Source: an uncultured Cellvibrionaceae bacterium
GTDB taxonomy: Bacteria > Pseudomonadota > Gammaproteobacteria > Pseudomonadales > Cellvibrionaceae
Assembly (NCBI GenBank): GCA_964456865.1
Contig: CAYWCW010000009.1
Coordinates: forward strand, 15,494 to 79,493
Length of the DNA stretch: 64,000 nucleotides
Direction of reading: 5' to 3'
Under the pieces are notes generated by a model. It was not told where the DNA came from and ran no database searches. It saw only the letters and a list, made by a program, of their open reading frames with translations. A program made the position numbers and the translations under genes. Of the stretch, positions 7,595 through 17,946 are shown piece after piece; within the stretch, counting starts at the first letter, position 1, and every line of letters starts with the position of its first letter.

Positions 7595-8929
7595 ATGCAA
7601 ACGCCATCCGCCGAACAGCAGGAAGCGGTATACCTGTTCCAGGGCGATCAGCTCGCCCGTGAACTCCTCTATACCGAATTCGAGGCCATACTCGATGGCT
7701 TCGTTCCCGTCAGCGAATACGCCGGTGGCATGGCCAAGGCGGTTTACCTGCGCATCACACCGGATCTCACCATCAGTGCCGCTGTGTTTTTCATCGTGTC
7801 CTTTGATGAAAAGGGCATGATCGACCGCCGCTGGAATGTCCCCTTGCAGCAGCTTGCCGATGCCGCCACCCGCGGACCCGACCTGGGAACCGGCCCCATA
7901 CGTCTCGCCTGTTTCAGCCAGTGTCCCATCGAGTGGCAGCGCAACAATCTCTGGGACCCCAACATGGAGCCGGGGAGCAACAGCTTTGTATTGCTGCGCA
8001 AGGCGGTGGCGCGCAACGGCCTTGGCCTGATCTTCAAATTGCCCCCGGAATCCGCCGATGCGCAGGACACGGAAACGGATGCCCGGATCAGCAAGAAACT
8101 CCACGCGCGCTACTCCCAGGCATTGCGCGATCGCCTCGCCCAGGTGATCAAGGAACAGCGGTTGCGGATCACGACCCTCGCCAATTTGCACAAGGCCAAG
8201 TTCCGCAGCCTGCAACAGGAACACCAGCAGCGCCTGGAACAATACCAGCAGCAGTTGCTGATACAGCAGCGGCAGTATGCGGAACTCGAAGAGCGCAATC
8301 GCAGCCTGCGCGACAACCTCGAACTCCAGGCGCAGAAGGTCGAGGGCATTCGCGAATACTTCACTCACAAGCTCAAGGCTGCCCAGTCGGATGAAAGCAG
8401 CCAACTGCAGACCCTGCAGGAAAATTTTGCCGTTGAACTCGAAGCCCGTGTACAGGCCGCGACCGCCGAAATGCAGGAGCGCCTGGATATGCGGGAGGTG
8501 GAACTCTTCTACCGCCACCAGCAGGAAAACAACCTCAAGGAAGAAGTCGCGCACCTGCGCCAGGAAAACCAGCGCCTGATCAATCAGGCCGGCGATCAGC
8601 TGTTGCAGAAACTGCACAAGGCGGGGATCAATTTCGTCGCCTTCCACCCGGGCATCGGGCAGGTGAGTATTCCCCTGGCGGACATGGCCAGTTACCTCGA
8701 CAATCCCCAGGCTTACGCCGCCGCCAATTCCGGTGTCAGCCCGGGGGTTTATACCGCCTGGCTGGCGCACCATCAGCATCCGAGCTGCAACCATATCGAC
8801 AGGTCCGGGCAGGTGTGCGGTAAAGCCCTGAGCCGGGTGGCTTTGCCCACGGATTTCCATCCGGGTGAAAGCGACCGCTGTGCCCAGCACCGGCTGGCGG
8901 CTCCGCAGCGATTGGCGCAGATGCCGTGA
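7595..8929 (+). CDS. Conserved hypothetical coiled-coil protein with C-terminal Cys/His motif
   Basis: 444 aa with host codon usage; GPDLGTGPIRLACFSQCP motif, Q/E-rich coiled coil, C-terminal C...C...CxxH; no Walker A seen. Confidence 0.78.
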   Translation: MQTPSAEQQEAVYLFQGDQLARELLYTEFEAILDGFVPVSEYAGGMAKAVYLRITPDLTISAAVFFIVSFDEKGMIDRRWNVPLQQLADAATRGPDLGTGPIRLACFSQCPIEWQRNNLWDPNMEPGSNSFVLLRKAVARNGLGLIFKLPPESADAQDTETDARISKKLHARYSQALRDRLAQVIKEQRLRITTLANLHKAKFRSLQQEHQQRLEQYQQQLLIQQRQYAELEERNRSLRDNLELQAQKVEGIREYFTHKLKAAQSDESSQLQTLQENFAVELEARVQAATAEMQERLDMREVELFYRHQQENNLKEEVAHLRQENQRLINQAGDQLLQKLHKAGINFVAFHPGIGQVSIPLADMASYLDNPQAYAAANSGVSPGVYTAWLAHHQHPSCNHIDRSGQVCGKALSRVALPTDFHPGESDRCAQHRLAAPQRLAQMP

Positions 8930-9903
8930 ACGTGGCGGTCTTGCCTCCCTTCACCGAGGAGGAGTTGGTACGCAGGGCGATGACGGTGGCGGTGGACGCC
9001 CTGGCATGGCCCCGACTCCAGCGCCTGGGGATCGATCTGCGGGTCAGGCGCGATGACCAGCTCGACAGGGAATTGAGCGGGAACAAGTTCTATAAACTGT
9101 TTTTCAACCTGGCGGCGGCCCACGAGGCCGGTATGCGGCAGATCGCCAGTTTCGGAGGTGCATATTCAAACCACCTCCATGCCCTGGCGGCTGCCGGGCG
9201 GCGTTACGGCTTCAGCACCCTGGGGCTGGTGCGCGGCGAAAGGCCCGCACAACTCAGTCCGACACTGGCCGATGCGGAAGCCTGGGGGATGCGCCTGGTG
9301 TTTTTATCCCGCAGCCAATACCGCCAGGGTGCCGATGAGGCCTTGATGTGCCAGCTGCGCGAAGTGTATGGAGATTTTTACCTGGTGCCGGAAGGCGGGG
9401 CCAATCTGGCGGGGGCACGGGGACTCCTGGCGGTTGGACGGGCGCTGGAGCAGCAATTGCAGGGTGAATACGATCAGGTATGCCTGCCCTGTGGCACCGG
9501 CACCAGCCTTGCCGGGCTGGCGGCGGGACTGCCGCCGGGAAAACTGGCGGTGGGGATCTCAGTCCTCAAGGGTGAGGGCGGGCTGTGCGCGGACGTCGCC
9601 GCCCGTTACCGCGAGCTGCAATCCCTGCCGGGGGCGGCGGGCCATGAGGCCGCCAACTGGCGTTTGATCAGCGGCTATCACGGTGGCGGCTACGCGCGCA
9701 GGCTGCCGCCGGCGCTGGGCCGTTTCTGGCGTGAATTCGAGGCTGAGACGGGACTCCTGGTGGACCCTGTCTATACTCTCAAGCTGTTCTGGGCTGTCGC
9801 GCAATTGGCAGAGCAGGGATACTGGCGTCGGGGAACCCGGCTGGTGGTCGTGCACACCGGCGGGTTGCAGGGACGGCGGGGATTTACCGAGTTTATATCC
9901 TGA
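8926..9903 (+). CDS. ACC deaminase/D-cysteine desulfhydrase family PLP enzyme
   Basis: SGNKFYKL, SFGGAYSNHL, VPEGG, CGTGTSLAG, DPVYTLK, HTGGLQG; GTGA overlap with upstream gene. Confidence 0.85.
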   Translation: MNVAVLPPFTEEELVRRAMTVAVDALAWPRLQRLGIDLRVRRDDQLDRELSGNKFYKLFFNLAAAHEAGMRQIASFGGAYSNHLHALAAAGRRYGFSTLGLVRGERPAQLSPTLADAEAWGMRLVFLSRSQYRQGADEALMCQLREVYGDFYLVPEGGANLAGARGLLAVGRALEQQLQGEYDQVCLPCGTGTSLAGLAAGLPPGKLAVGISVLKGEGGLCADVAARYRELQSLPGAAGHEAANWRLISGYHGGGYARRLPPALGRFWREFEAETGLLVDPVYTLKLFWAVAQLAEQGYWRRGTRLVVVHTGGLQGRRGFTEFIS

Positions 9904-9914
9904 AAGGGCTGATT

Positions 9915-11048
9915 ATGTACGCACAAAAAAATGCCTCACCCCAAGCGGCCGAGTTCGATCTGCATCTGACTCGTACCCTGGTGCCCCTCAAGGATATGAG
10001 TGAGGCGCATCTGCTGGCGTTGCTGGAACAGGCCAGGGCCGAAGTGATCTGCGCCGGACAGACGTTATTCGAGGCGGGAAGCTATGACGGTGAGCATGTC
10101 TACCTGCTCTTCGGCGATGTGCTGCTGACCTCCGCCGATGGTGTGCAGACCCTGGTCAAGGGACGGGCCACACTCATGCCCCTGGCGCATCACCAGCCGC
10201 GCCGGGTCACCGCCGTGGCGCAAAGCGATGGCAGCGTCCTGCGCATCAACAGCGAAAAACTCGACAAGCTGCTGACCTGGAGCCAGGTTGCCGATTACCT
10301 GCAACTGAACATTTCCCGCCAGCGCGACCTGGATGAAGATATCGATTGGATCATGACGGTGCTCAAGTCCAACCTGTTCTTCAAGGTTCCGCCCATCAAT
10401 GTCGAACAGATTTTTTCCCGCCTCAATCCCCAGGTGGTCTATGCCGGTGATGTGATCATCCGCCAGGGTGAGATCGGCGATCAGTGTTATTTCATCAAGG
10501 AAGGCGAAGCGGAAGTGACCCGCCACCTCGATGGTCGCCGCCAACACCTGGCCGATATCGGTGTGGGTCGCTGTTTTGGTGAGGACGCGCTGGTCAACGA
10601 AACCATGCGCAACGCGTCGGTCACCATGCGCACCGACGGCGTGCTCATGCGCCTGGGCAAGCAGGATTTCTACCGCCTGCTCAAGGAGCCGATAGTGGCG
10701 ACCCTGGCACTGGCCGACCTCAGCCAGGCACTGGCCGAGGGTGCCGTGGCCGTGGATGTGCGTAGCGAAGAGGAATACAGCCAGGGGCATCTTGCCGAGG
10801 CGGTGAACATTCCTTTGAACCTGCTCAGCATCAAATCGCGCCTGCTGGCGACCGAGCAGCCCTACATTTTTTATTGCGATACCGGCCGCCGCAGCCGGGC
10901 GGCAGCCCATCTGTTGAGTCAGTTGGGATATAAAGCGCTGGCACTGGCGGATTGCCCGGAACTCTTCGGCCAACTGCGTTGGCAGCCGCTGCTGGATTTC
11001 ACCGACAACTATCTGCTGCGCGAAGGGCGTCCTGTCCGGGGGCAGTAG
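9915..11048 (+). CDS. Tandem cyclic-nucleotide-binding domains plus rhodanese domain protein
   Basis: IIRQGEIGDQCYFIKEG...FGEDAL...RNASV; DVRSEEEYSQGHL and FYCDTGRRS rhodanese motifs. Confidence 0.85.
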   Translation: MYAQKNASPQAAEFDLHLTRTLVPLKDMSEAHLLALLEQARAEVICAGQTLFEAGSYDGEHVYLLFGDVLLTSADGVQTLVKGRATLMPLAHHQPRRVTAVAQSDGSVLRINSEKLDKLLTWSQVADYLQLNISRQRDLDEDIDWIMTVLKSNLFFKVPPINVEQIFSRLNPQVVYAGDVIIRQGEIGDQCYFIKEGEAEVTRHLDGRRQHLADIGVGRCFGEDALVNETMRNASVTMRTDGVLMRLGKQDFYRLLKEPIVATLALADLSQALAEGAVAVDVRSEEEYSQGHLAEAVNIPLNLLSIKSRLLATEQPYIFYCDTGRRSRAAAHLLSQLGYKALALADCPELFGQLRWQPLLDFTDNYLLREGRPVRGQ

Positions 11049-11991
11049 TCGCGGACTGCCTTTGCGGCAGGGCAAAGGCTCTGCCGGTTTCCCACCATCC
11101 TCCAGGCCCCGGCGCCATGCGTGCCAGAAGAAGCGGGCGCTGCTTTTCCCCTGCGTGGTGTTGCAACAAACTCCGTAAACCTTGCCCGTGTGACAGCAGT
11201 GCATCGCCTGCGCAGAATGCCGGCGACAGCCACTGCTTGCGCGCCAGCGGAAGCCAGGGCGTTGCATCATCCACGGGAAAATCCCGCCAGTCATACCAGT
11301 GTCCGCGCAAGTGCCCGGGATTGGCGTCCTGCGGGGCGGGCATATGCTCCCGCGCCGGGTAGAAGAGATAGCCGCCCAGCCGCAGCAACCCTTGCCAGGG
11401 GCCGGGGCTGAGGCTGGCCAGTAATTCGCGGGCCAGTGGATGCCGGCTCAGCGGCAGCTGGTGTGTCAGCAACCGGTCCAGTTTGCGATCGAGCCTGTCC
11501 TGCCCCTCGGGCCCCACCCACTGGTGCCATTGGCTGGTGTGGTGGGCGTTCCCCGGTTCCGGCTGGCCCAGGTAAAACTTGACGGCCGTTTCCAGGTGCC
11601 GGTTGTGGCCGCGCCAGTGCAGCAGGAAGTCAAAGGCACCCAGCGTCACGCCCGCATCGTCGAACAGTTGGAGATTGTGTGCCAGCAGCCGGGCATCCTC
11701 GGGGCCATGTTCCCAATAGAAGCGCCACAAGTGCTCGAAATACAGGCCCAGCCGCAACTGTGGATGGCGGGCCAATGCCTGCAACAGCGGGGCGGGTTGT
11801 TTGTCCAGTCCGCGCAGCCAGTGCTGCAAGGCGTGCTGATCCGGTGACGGCCAGTCCGAGGCGCCATCGCCGGGCAGCCTGTGGAATAGAGGCGGGCTGA
11901 GCAGCGTCCAGGCCAGGTCCCGCACCGCCGCGTGGGTCAATTGCTGGATCAGTTGCTGGTGGAATGCGGGTTCCGGGTGATCAGAAGTCAT
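10999..11991 (-). CDS. DUF1853 family protein
   Basis: VRDLAWTLLSP, RLGLYFEHLW, GAFDFLL, HLETAVKFY, WVGP..QDRLDRKL, HQLPLS; divergent from nadK; start at MTSDH inferred. Confidence 0.8.
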   Translation of the reverse strand: MTSDHPEPAFHQQLIQQLTHAAVRDLAWTLLSPPLFHRLPGDGASDWPSPDQHALQHWLRGLDKQPAPLLQALARHPQLRLGLYFEHLWRFYWEHGPEDARLLAHNLQLFDDAGVTLGAFDFLLHWRGHNRHLETAVKFYLGQPEPGNAHHTSQWHQWVGPEGQDRLDRKLDRLLTHQLPLSRHPLARELLASLSPGPWQGLLRLGGYLFYPAREHMPAPQDANPGHLRGHWYDWRDFPVDDATPWLPLARKQWLSPAFCAGDALLSHGQGLRSLLQHHAGEKQRPLLLARMAPGPGGWWETGRAFALPQRQSATTAPGQDALRAADSCR

Positions 11992-12070
11992 GATGCCAGT
12001 GTCGGGGGCCGGGCGGCTTGTGGCTATAATGGGGCCATCTTCCGCCCTCCGGGCCAGTATGGAAACCCTT

Positions 12071-12970
12071 ATGACACACTTTTCTATCGTCGGCCTGGTG
12101 GGCCATCTCAACAACGAGCGGGCCGTCTACTCGATCAAGCGGTTGATCCGCTTCCTGCTGCTGGCGCAGAAGCAATTTGTGCTGGAGGCGGAAACGGCGC
12201 GGTTGATCACCGACAACCAGTTGCTCAAGCACGCCCGCCAGGTGGTGGACATGCAGGCGCTGGGACAGACCTGCGACCTGGTGATCGTGGTGGGTGGCGA
12301 TGGCAGCCTGCTGCGGGCTGCCCGCGCCCTGGCGCGTTACGACGTGCCGCTGCTGGGCATCAACCGCGGCCGGCTGGGATTCCTGACCGACATAGTGCCC
12401 GAGGATATCGAAACCCGGGTGGGCGAGGTGCTGGCGGGCCATTTCAACCGCGAGAGCCGCTTTCTGCTGGATATGGCGGTATTGAGGGATGGCGAGGTCA
12501 AAGCATCCGGCGATGCCCTCAACGACGTGGTGCTCCACCCCGGCCAGTTCATCCATATGCTGGAATACGAGCTGCATGTGGACGGGGAGTTCGTGACCAG
12601 CCAGCGCTCGGACGGCATGATCGTGTCCACACCCACAGGTTCCACCGCCTACGCGCTCAGCGGCGGTGGTCCGATCCTGCATCCCAAGCTGGACGCCATT
12701 GTTTTGGTCCCCATGAATCCCCATACACTCAGTAGCCGGCCCATGGTGGTGTGCGGCAACAGCGAGATCAAGATCCGCGTGGGCGAGCACAATTCCGCCC
12801 TGCCTCTGGTGACCTGCGATGGCCAGACCCACGCCGAAGTGCTGGCGGGCGATGAGATACTGATCCGCAAAAAAGATCACCGGGTGGAATTGATCCATCC
12901 CCTGAACCACAATTTCTATGAACGCTGCCGCTCCAAACTGGGTTGGGGCGGTCATCTGCTCAACCCATGA
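12071..12970 (+). CDS. nadK: NAD(+) kinase
   Basis: GGDGSLL, GINRGRLGFL, ALNDVV, DGMIVSTPTGSTAYALSGGGP. Confidence 0.92.
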   Translation: MTHFSIVGLVGHLNNERAVYSIKRLIRFLLLAQKQFVLEAETARLITDNQLLKHARQVVDMQALGQTCDLVIVVGGDGSLLRAARALARYDVPLLGINRGRLGFLTDIVPEDIETRVGEVLAGHFNRESRFLLDMAVLRDGEVKASGDALNDVVLHPGQFIHMLEYELHVDGEFVTSQRSDGMIVSTPTGSTAYALSGGGPILHPKLDAIVLVPMNPHTLSSRPMVVCGNSEIKIRVGEHNSALPLVTCDGQTHAEVLAGDEILIRKKDHRVELIHPLNHNFYERCRSKLGWGGHLLNP

Positions 12971-12976
12971 GGATTC

Positions 12977-13969
12977 ATGCCTGATTTACGATCCGATACC
13001 TGTCTGCCCCCGGCCTCCGGCTACGATCTGATCGGTGATGTCCATGGTTGCGCCTCGACCCTGGCGCGGCTGCTGGAGCGAATGGGTTACCGTTGCCTGG
13101 GGGGCGTTTACCGCCACCCCAACCGGCGGGCGATATTCCTCGGCGATATCATCGACCGCGGTCCGCGGGTGCGCGAAGCGCTGCACCTGGTGCGCGACAT
13201 GGTGGACGCGGGCGAGGCGGCGATGGTGATCGGCAACCACGAATTCAATGCGCTCACCTATTGCACGCCCAGCGCCAATGGAGAGGGGCACCTGCGGCCC
13301 CATGTACCGCGCACAAACCGCCAGATCGCCGAAACGCTGGAGCAGTTTTCCCCCTATCAGGGCGAATGGCGCGACTTCCTCGCCTGGTTCCAGACCCTGC
13401 CCCTGTTCCTTGAATATCCCGGTCACAAGGATTTCAGCCCCTTCCGTGTGGTGCATGCCTGCTGGGACGGCCCCTTGATCGGGCTGCACAAGGCCCGCTA
13501 TGGCGATGGCCGGTTCGACCGGGATTTTCTGCTGGCGTCGGTCGTGCCCGGCACCCTTGCCTTCAAGACGCGCCAACGCCTCACCAGCGGTATCGATCTG
13601 CCCCTGCCGGCAGGCATGTCCATCATGTCCAGCGATGGTTATGAGCGCACCAATTTCCGTACCAAGTTCTGGGCCGAAAACCCGCACACCTACGGCGATC
13701 TGCTGTTCCAGCCGGACCCCTTGCCCGAGGTGGTGGCCGGCGCGCCGATCAGCGAGGTCGATCGCGCGCTCATGGTGCACTACGGTGCGGAACAGCCGCC
13801 CTTGTTCATTGGTCATTACTGGTTGAAGGGCAAGCCCGTCCCCATCGCCCCCAATCTGGTGTGCCTGGATTACAGCGCGGTCAAATATGGCCGGCTGGTG
13901 GCCTACCGCATGGACGGCGAGGCCCATTTGGCGGCCCACAAATTTATGTGGGAATATGTCGATCCTTAA
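12977..13969 (+). CDS. Calcineurin-like metallophosphoesterase
   Basis: IGDVHG, GDIIDRGP, GNHE, VHA, GHYW motifs. Confidence 0.85.
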   Translation: MPDLRSDTCLPPASGYDLIGDVHGCASTLARLLERMGYRCLGGVYRHPNRRAIFLGDIIDRGPRVREALHLVRDMVDAGEAAMVIGNHEFNALTYCTPSANGEGHLRPHVPRTNRQIAETLEQFSPYQGEWRDFLAWFQTLPLFLEYPGHKDFSPFRVVHACWDGPLIGLHKARYGDGRFDRDFLLASVVPGTLAFKTRQRLTSGIDLPLPAGMSIMSSDGYERTNFRTKFWAENPHTYGDLLFQPDPLPEVVAGAPISEVDRALMVHYGAEQPPLFIGHYWLKGKPVPIAPNLVCLDYSAVKYGRLVAYRMDGEAHLAAHKFMWEYVDP

Positions 13970-13987
13970 CTGCGTTGGATACCTGTT

Positions 13988-14833
13988 GTGACCTGGATAA
14001 CCGTTACCCGCTTGCCCCTTGATCAGGACCTGGCCCCCTTGAGCCGTTTTTTACGCGGCCGTGGGCTGGAACACCGCATCTCGGAGGACAATGGCGAACA
14101 GCGGATCGAGGTGCGCGATCCCTCCGCGGTGGAACCGCTGAAGGAATTGATCGGGGAATACCTGGCGGGCAGGGTGCAATTGCCTGAGGATGCGCCTTCA
14201 TCCGTCCCGTCCAATCCGGGACTCAGCCCCTGGGCCACGCCGGCCACGCTGCTGCTGATCGGGTTGAGTGTGCTCGGTTGGCTGGTGGTGGCGACCTCCA
14301 CGGGCAATCGTTTCCTGCCGGCTTTGACCTTCCTGCCGTTCGACATCACGTCCATGCGCTTCGCCCCCCAGGACCAGGGCATCCTGGCGGGTGAGTTCTG
14401 GCGGTTACTAACGCCGGCCTTCCTTCACTTCAGCCTCCTGCACCTGATATTCAACGGCCTTTGGCTCTGGGAATTCGGGCGTCGGCTGGAACTTGGCCTG
14501 GGGCGCTGGCATTACCTCTCGTTCATTGTTGGTACGGCGGTGGCGGCCAATGTGGCGCAACACCTGTGGGCCGGTCCCGCACTGTTTGGCGGCATGTCGG
14601 GCGTGGTCTACGCCCTGGTCGGTTTTATCGCGGTGCGGCAGCGGTTGGCACCCCATCCACTTTATGAGGTGCCGCGCGGAATACTGATCTTCATGCTGGT
14701 GTGGCTGCTGCTGTGCATGAGTGGCATCGTGGATTATTTTATCGCCGGTTCCGTGGCCAACGCGGCCCATGTGGGTGGATTGATCGCCGGTGTCATCTGG
14801 GGCGCGGTGACCGCCCGTCCCGGACGCAGTTGA
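13988..14833 (+). CDS. Rhomboid family intramembrane serine protease (GlpG-like)
   Basis: WRLLTPAFLHF, HLIFN, GGMSGVVYAL, ANAAHVGG. Confidence 0.87.
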   Translation: MTWITVTRLPLDQDLAPLSRFLRGRGLEHRISEDNGEQRIEVRDPSAVEPLKELIGEYLAGRVQLPEDAPSSVPSNPGLSPWATPATLLLIGLSVLGWLVVATSTGNRFLPALTFLPFDITSMRFAPQDQGILAGEFWRLLTPAFLHFSLLHLIFNGLWLWEFGRRLELGLGRWHYLSFIVGTAVAANVAQHLWAGPALFGGMSGVVYALVGFIAVRQRLAPHPLYEVPRGILIFMLVWLLLCMSGIVDYFIAGSVANAAHVGGLIAGVIWGAVTARPGRS

Positions 14834-14880
14834 GGCCCTGCCGGGTGTATAATCCGCCCAGTTTTCCGTGAGTTGTCCCT

Positions 14881-15144
14881 ATGAACCTGCAGCAGTTGTT
14901 AGCCAGCATCACTCCCGACATTTACCAGAACCTCAAGCGTGCCGTAGAACTGGGCAAATGGCCCGATGGCAACCTCCTGACAAGCGAACAGCGCGGCCTT
15001 TGCCTGCAGGCGGTGATTGCCTATGAGCACCGCCACCTGCCGCCGGAACAGCACACCGGTTTCATACCGCCGGAACCTCACAGCCATTGCGGTTCCGATG
15101 GCGATGCGGAACACGATCACGACCAGCCCTTGAAGTGGATGTAA
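14881..15144 (+). CDS. YeaC/DUF1315 family protein
   Basis: ITPDIYQNLKRAVELGKWPDGNLLT.EQR..CLQAVIAY. Confidence 0.8.
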   Translation: MNLQQLLASITPDIYQNLKRAVELGKWPDGNLLTSEQRGLCLQAVIAYEHRHLPPEQHTGFIPPEPHSHCGSDGDAEHDHDQPLKWM

Positions 15145-15150
15145 ACCTTT

Positions 15151-17820
15151 ATGAGCGACCACCAGCCCCAGGCGATTTACCTGAAAGATTACCGCGTTCC
15201 CGATTACCTGATTCCGCAAACCCGGCTGGACGTCGATATCCATGAAGGCGTCACCCGCGTCACGGCGCACCTGCAACTGGTGCGCAACCCGGCAGCGCAG
15301 GCAGCAGTGACGCAACTCCAGCTTCACGGCGTGGAACTGACGCTGCTGTCCATTGCCATTGATGGCAAGCCGCTGGAAGACGCGGCCTATGCGCTGACAG
15401 AGTCAGGCCTTACGCTGTTCAACCCGCCGGCATCCTTTACGCTGGCGACCACCGTGGAAATCCATCCGGAAACCAACAGTTCGCTGGAGGGGTTGTACCG
15501 TTCACGCACCATGTATTGCACCCAGTGCGAGGCGGAAGGTTTCCGCAAGATCACCTATTACCTGGATCGCCCGGATGTGATGAGTGAATTCACCACCCGG
15601 GTGATTGCCGGCAGGCAATTCCCGGTGCTCCTGTCCAATGGCAACCTGATCGAATCCGGCGAGTTGGACGATGGCCGCCACTTCGCCACCTGGCACGATC
15701 CCTTCAAAAAACCCGCTTATCTTTTTGCCCTGGTGGCTGGCGATCTGGCGCAGATCGAGGACAGTTTCACCACCTGCTCGGGACGCGATGTCACGCTGAA
15801 GATTTTTGTCGAACCCAAGGATCTCGACAAGTGCGATCACGCCATGGCCTCGCTGAAAAATGCCATGCGCTGGGACGAGGAGGTTTATGGCCGCGAATAT
15901 GATCTGGATATTTTCATGATCGTGGCGGTGGATGATTTCAACATGGGCGCCATGGAAAACAAGGGCCTCAATATCTTCAACACCTCCTGCGTGCTGGCCA
16001 AGCCGGAAACCACCACCGATGCCGGTTTCCAGCGGGTGGAGAGCGTGGTGGCCCACGAATACTTCCACAACTGGTCGGGCAACCGCGTCACCTGCCGCGA
16101 CTGGTTCCAGTTGAGTTTGAAAGAAGGGTTTACCGTTTACCGCGATTCGGAATTTTCCGCCGACATGGGATCGCGCACCGTCAAACGGGTGGAGGATGTC
16201 AGCCTGCTGCGCAGCCTGCAATTCGCCGAGGACGCGGGCCCCATGGCGCATCCCGTGCGCCCGGCGTCCTACATCGAGATTTCCAACTTCTACACGCTCA
16301 CGATTTATGAAAAGGGCGCGGAAGTGGTGCGCATGCTGGCCAACCTGCTGGGGCCGCAAAAATTCCGCGAGGGCACGGATCTGTATTTTTCCCGTCACGA
16401 TGGCCAGGCGGTGACCTGTGATGATTTCGTGCAGGCCATGGCGGATGTGTCCGGGCGCGACCTGACGCTGTTCAAGCGCTGGTATACCCAGGCGGGCACG
16501 CCGCGTGTCCAGGTGACCGACAGCTACGATGCGCAAGCGCAGGAATACCGCATGCACTTTCATCAGTCCTGTCCACCGACGCCGGAATGCGCGGACAAAC
16601 AACCTTTCCATATTCCGGTTGCGCTGGGCCTCCTGGGCGATGGCGGCGATCTGCGCCTGCAATGCGATGGCGAGTTGCCCGACGCCGACACGTCCGACAA
16701 CACCCACAAGGTCATCGAACTGACCGACCGGGAACAGACATTCGTGTTCACCGGGGTGATGGAAAAACCGGTTCCCTCCCTGCTGCGCGGTTTTTCCGCA
16801 CCGGTCAAACTGCACTACGACTACAGCCGCGCTGACCTGGTGCGGTTGATGACGCGCGACAGCGACGGCTTCAACCGCTGGGACGCCAGCCAGCAGTTGG
16901 GGCTCCAGGTGCTGGGTGACTTGATGCTGGCGTTCAAGCGCGGCGACAGCCTGGACAACCCCGCGCCTGATCCATTGCTGGTGGATGCCTACAGGGCACT
17001 GCTCGATGACACCTCCCTGGACCCGGCCATGGTGGCTTACATGCTCACCCTGCCGAGCGAGGCCTATATCAGCGAGTTGGCGGACGTGATCGAGGTGGAA
17101 GCCATCCATCACAGCCGCACGGCATTGCGCCGCCAACTGGCGCGTGCCCTGGAACCACAACTGGCGGCGATCTATCGCGCGTATGATCATCGACAGCCTT
17201 ACACGGCAACGGCTGAAGCCATAGCATCGCGCAGCCTCAAGAATGTCGCCCTGGGCTATCTGTCCCTGGTGGATGACGCGTGGCTCGCCACCTGCGACCG
17301 GCAATACCGCGACGCCAGCAACATGACCGATGCGCTGGCCGCGCTGACCTGCCTGGTGAACAGCGACCGGCCCTCGGCAAGATCCTTGAGCGAGTCGGCT
17401 CTGGCTGATTTTTACCAGCGCTGGCAGGCGGAAGCCCTGGTGGTCAACCAGTGGTTTACCTTGCAGTCCACCTGTCCCTTGCCCTGCGGTCTGGTGCGTG
17501 TGAAAACCTTGCAGCAGCATCCGGCTTACGATCCGCGCAATCCCAACAAGATCCGCGCGCTGGTCAGTGCTTTCTGTAACAACAATGCCATCAATTTCCA
17601 CGATGCTGGGCAACCGGGTTATGCGTGGCTGGCCGACGAAGTCCTGCGCCTCAACCGCCAGAATCCGCAGATAGCCTCGCGGCTCCTGACGCCCTTGACC
17701 AAGTGGAAAAAATACCCGCCGGCGCGTCAGGCGCTGATGAAAGCCGAACTGGAACGGATATTGTCGGAACCGCAGCTGTCTCCCGATGTTTACGAAGTGG
17801 TGAGCAAAAGCCTGCTATAG
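15151..17820 (+). CDS. pepN: Aminopeptidase N (M1)
   Basis: CTQCEAEGFRKITY, GAMENKGLN, HEYFHNW...E zincin motif, NPNKIRAL. Confidence 0.95.
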   Translation: MSDHQPQAIYLKDYRVPDYLIPQTRLDVDIHEGVTRVTAHLQLVRNPAAQAAVTQLQLHGVELTLLSIAIDGKPLEDAAYALTESGLTLFNPPASFTLATTVEIHPETNSSLEGLYRSRTMYCTQCEAEGFRKITYYLDRPDVMSEFTTRVIAGRQFPVLLSNGNLIESGELDDGRHFATWHDPFKKPAYLFALVAGDLAQIEDSFTTCSGRDVTLKIFVEPKDLDKCDHAMASLKNAMRWDEEVYGREYDLDIFMIVAVDDFNMGAMENKGLNIFNTSCVLAKPETTTDAGFQRVESVVAHEYFHNWSGNRVTCRDWFQLSLKEGFTVYRDSEFSADMGSRTVKRVEDVSLLRSLQFAEDAGPMAHPVRPASYIEISNFYTLTIYEKGAEVVRMLANLLGPQKFREGTDLYFSRHDGQAVTCDDFVQAMADVSGRDLTLFKRWYTQAGTPRVQVTDSYDAQAQEYRMHFHQSCPPTPECADKQPFHIPVALGLLGDGGDLRLQCDGELPDADTSDNTHKVIELTDREQTFVFTGVMEKPVPSLLRGFSAPVKLHYDYSRADLVRLMTRDSDGFNRWDASQQLGLQVLGDLMLAFKRGDSLDNPAPDPLLVDAYRALLDDTSLDPAMVAYMLTLPSEAYISELADVIEVEAIHHSRTALRRQLARALEPQLAAIYRAYDHRQPYTATAEAIASRSLKNVALGYLSLVDDAWLATCDRQYRDASNMTDALAALTCLVNSDRPSARSLSESALADFYQRWQAEALVVNQWFTLQSTCPLPCGLVRVKTLQQHPAYDPRNPNKIRALVSAFCNNNAINFHDAGQPGYAWLADEVLRLNRQNPQIASRLLTPLTKWKKYPPARQALMKAELERILSEPQLSPDVYEVVSKSLL

Positions 17821-17946
17821 CCAGCGGTTATTCGGGATTTTCATGAATTTGCGCGCAAGGTCCTTGAGAAACGCCTGCGTTCAGGTAGATTGATCGAACC
17901 GTCCGGGACTTGCCCGCCGCTGGCCGGGTAGTGTTGAGGTTTATTG

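Noticed and set aside
6627-7600. Prophage or genomic island at tRNA-Val/Asp
   Set aside because: No integrase and no duplicate of either tRNA 3' end was seen
7595-8929. ParA or DNA-repair ATPase call for the coiled-coil protein
   Set aside because: No Walker A/B motif visible
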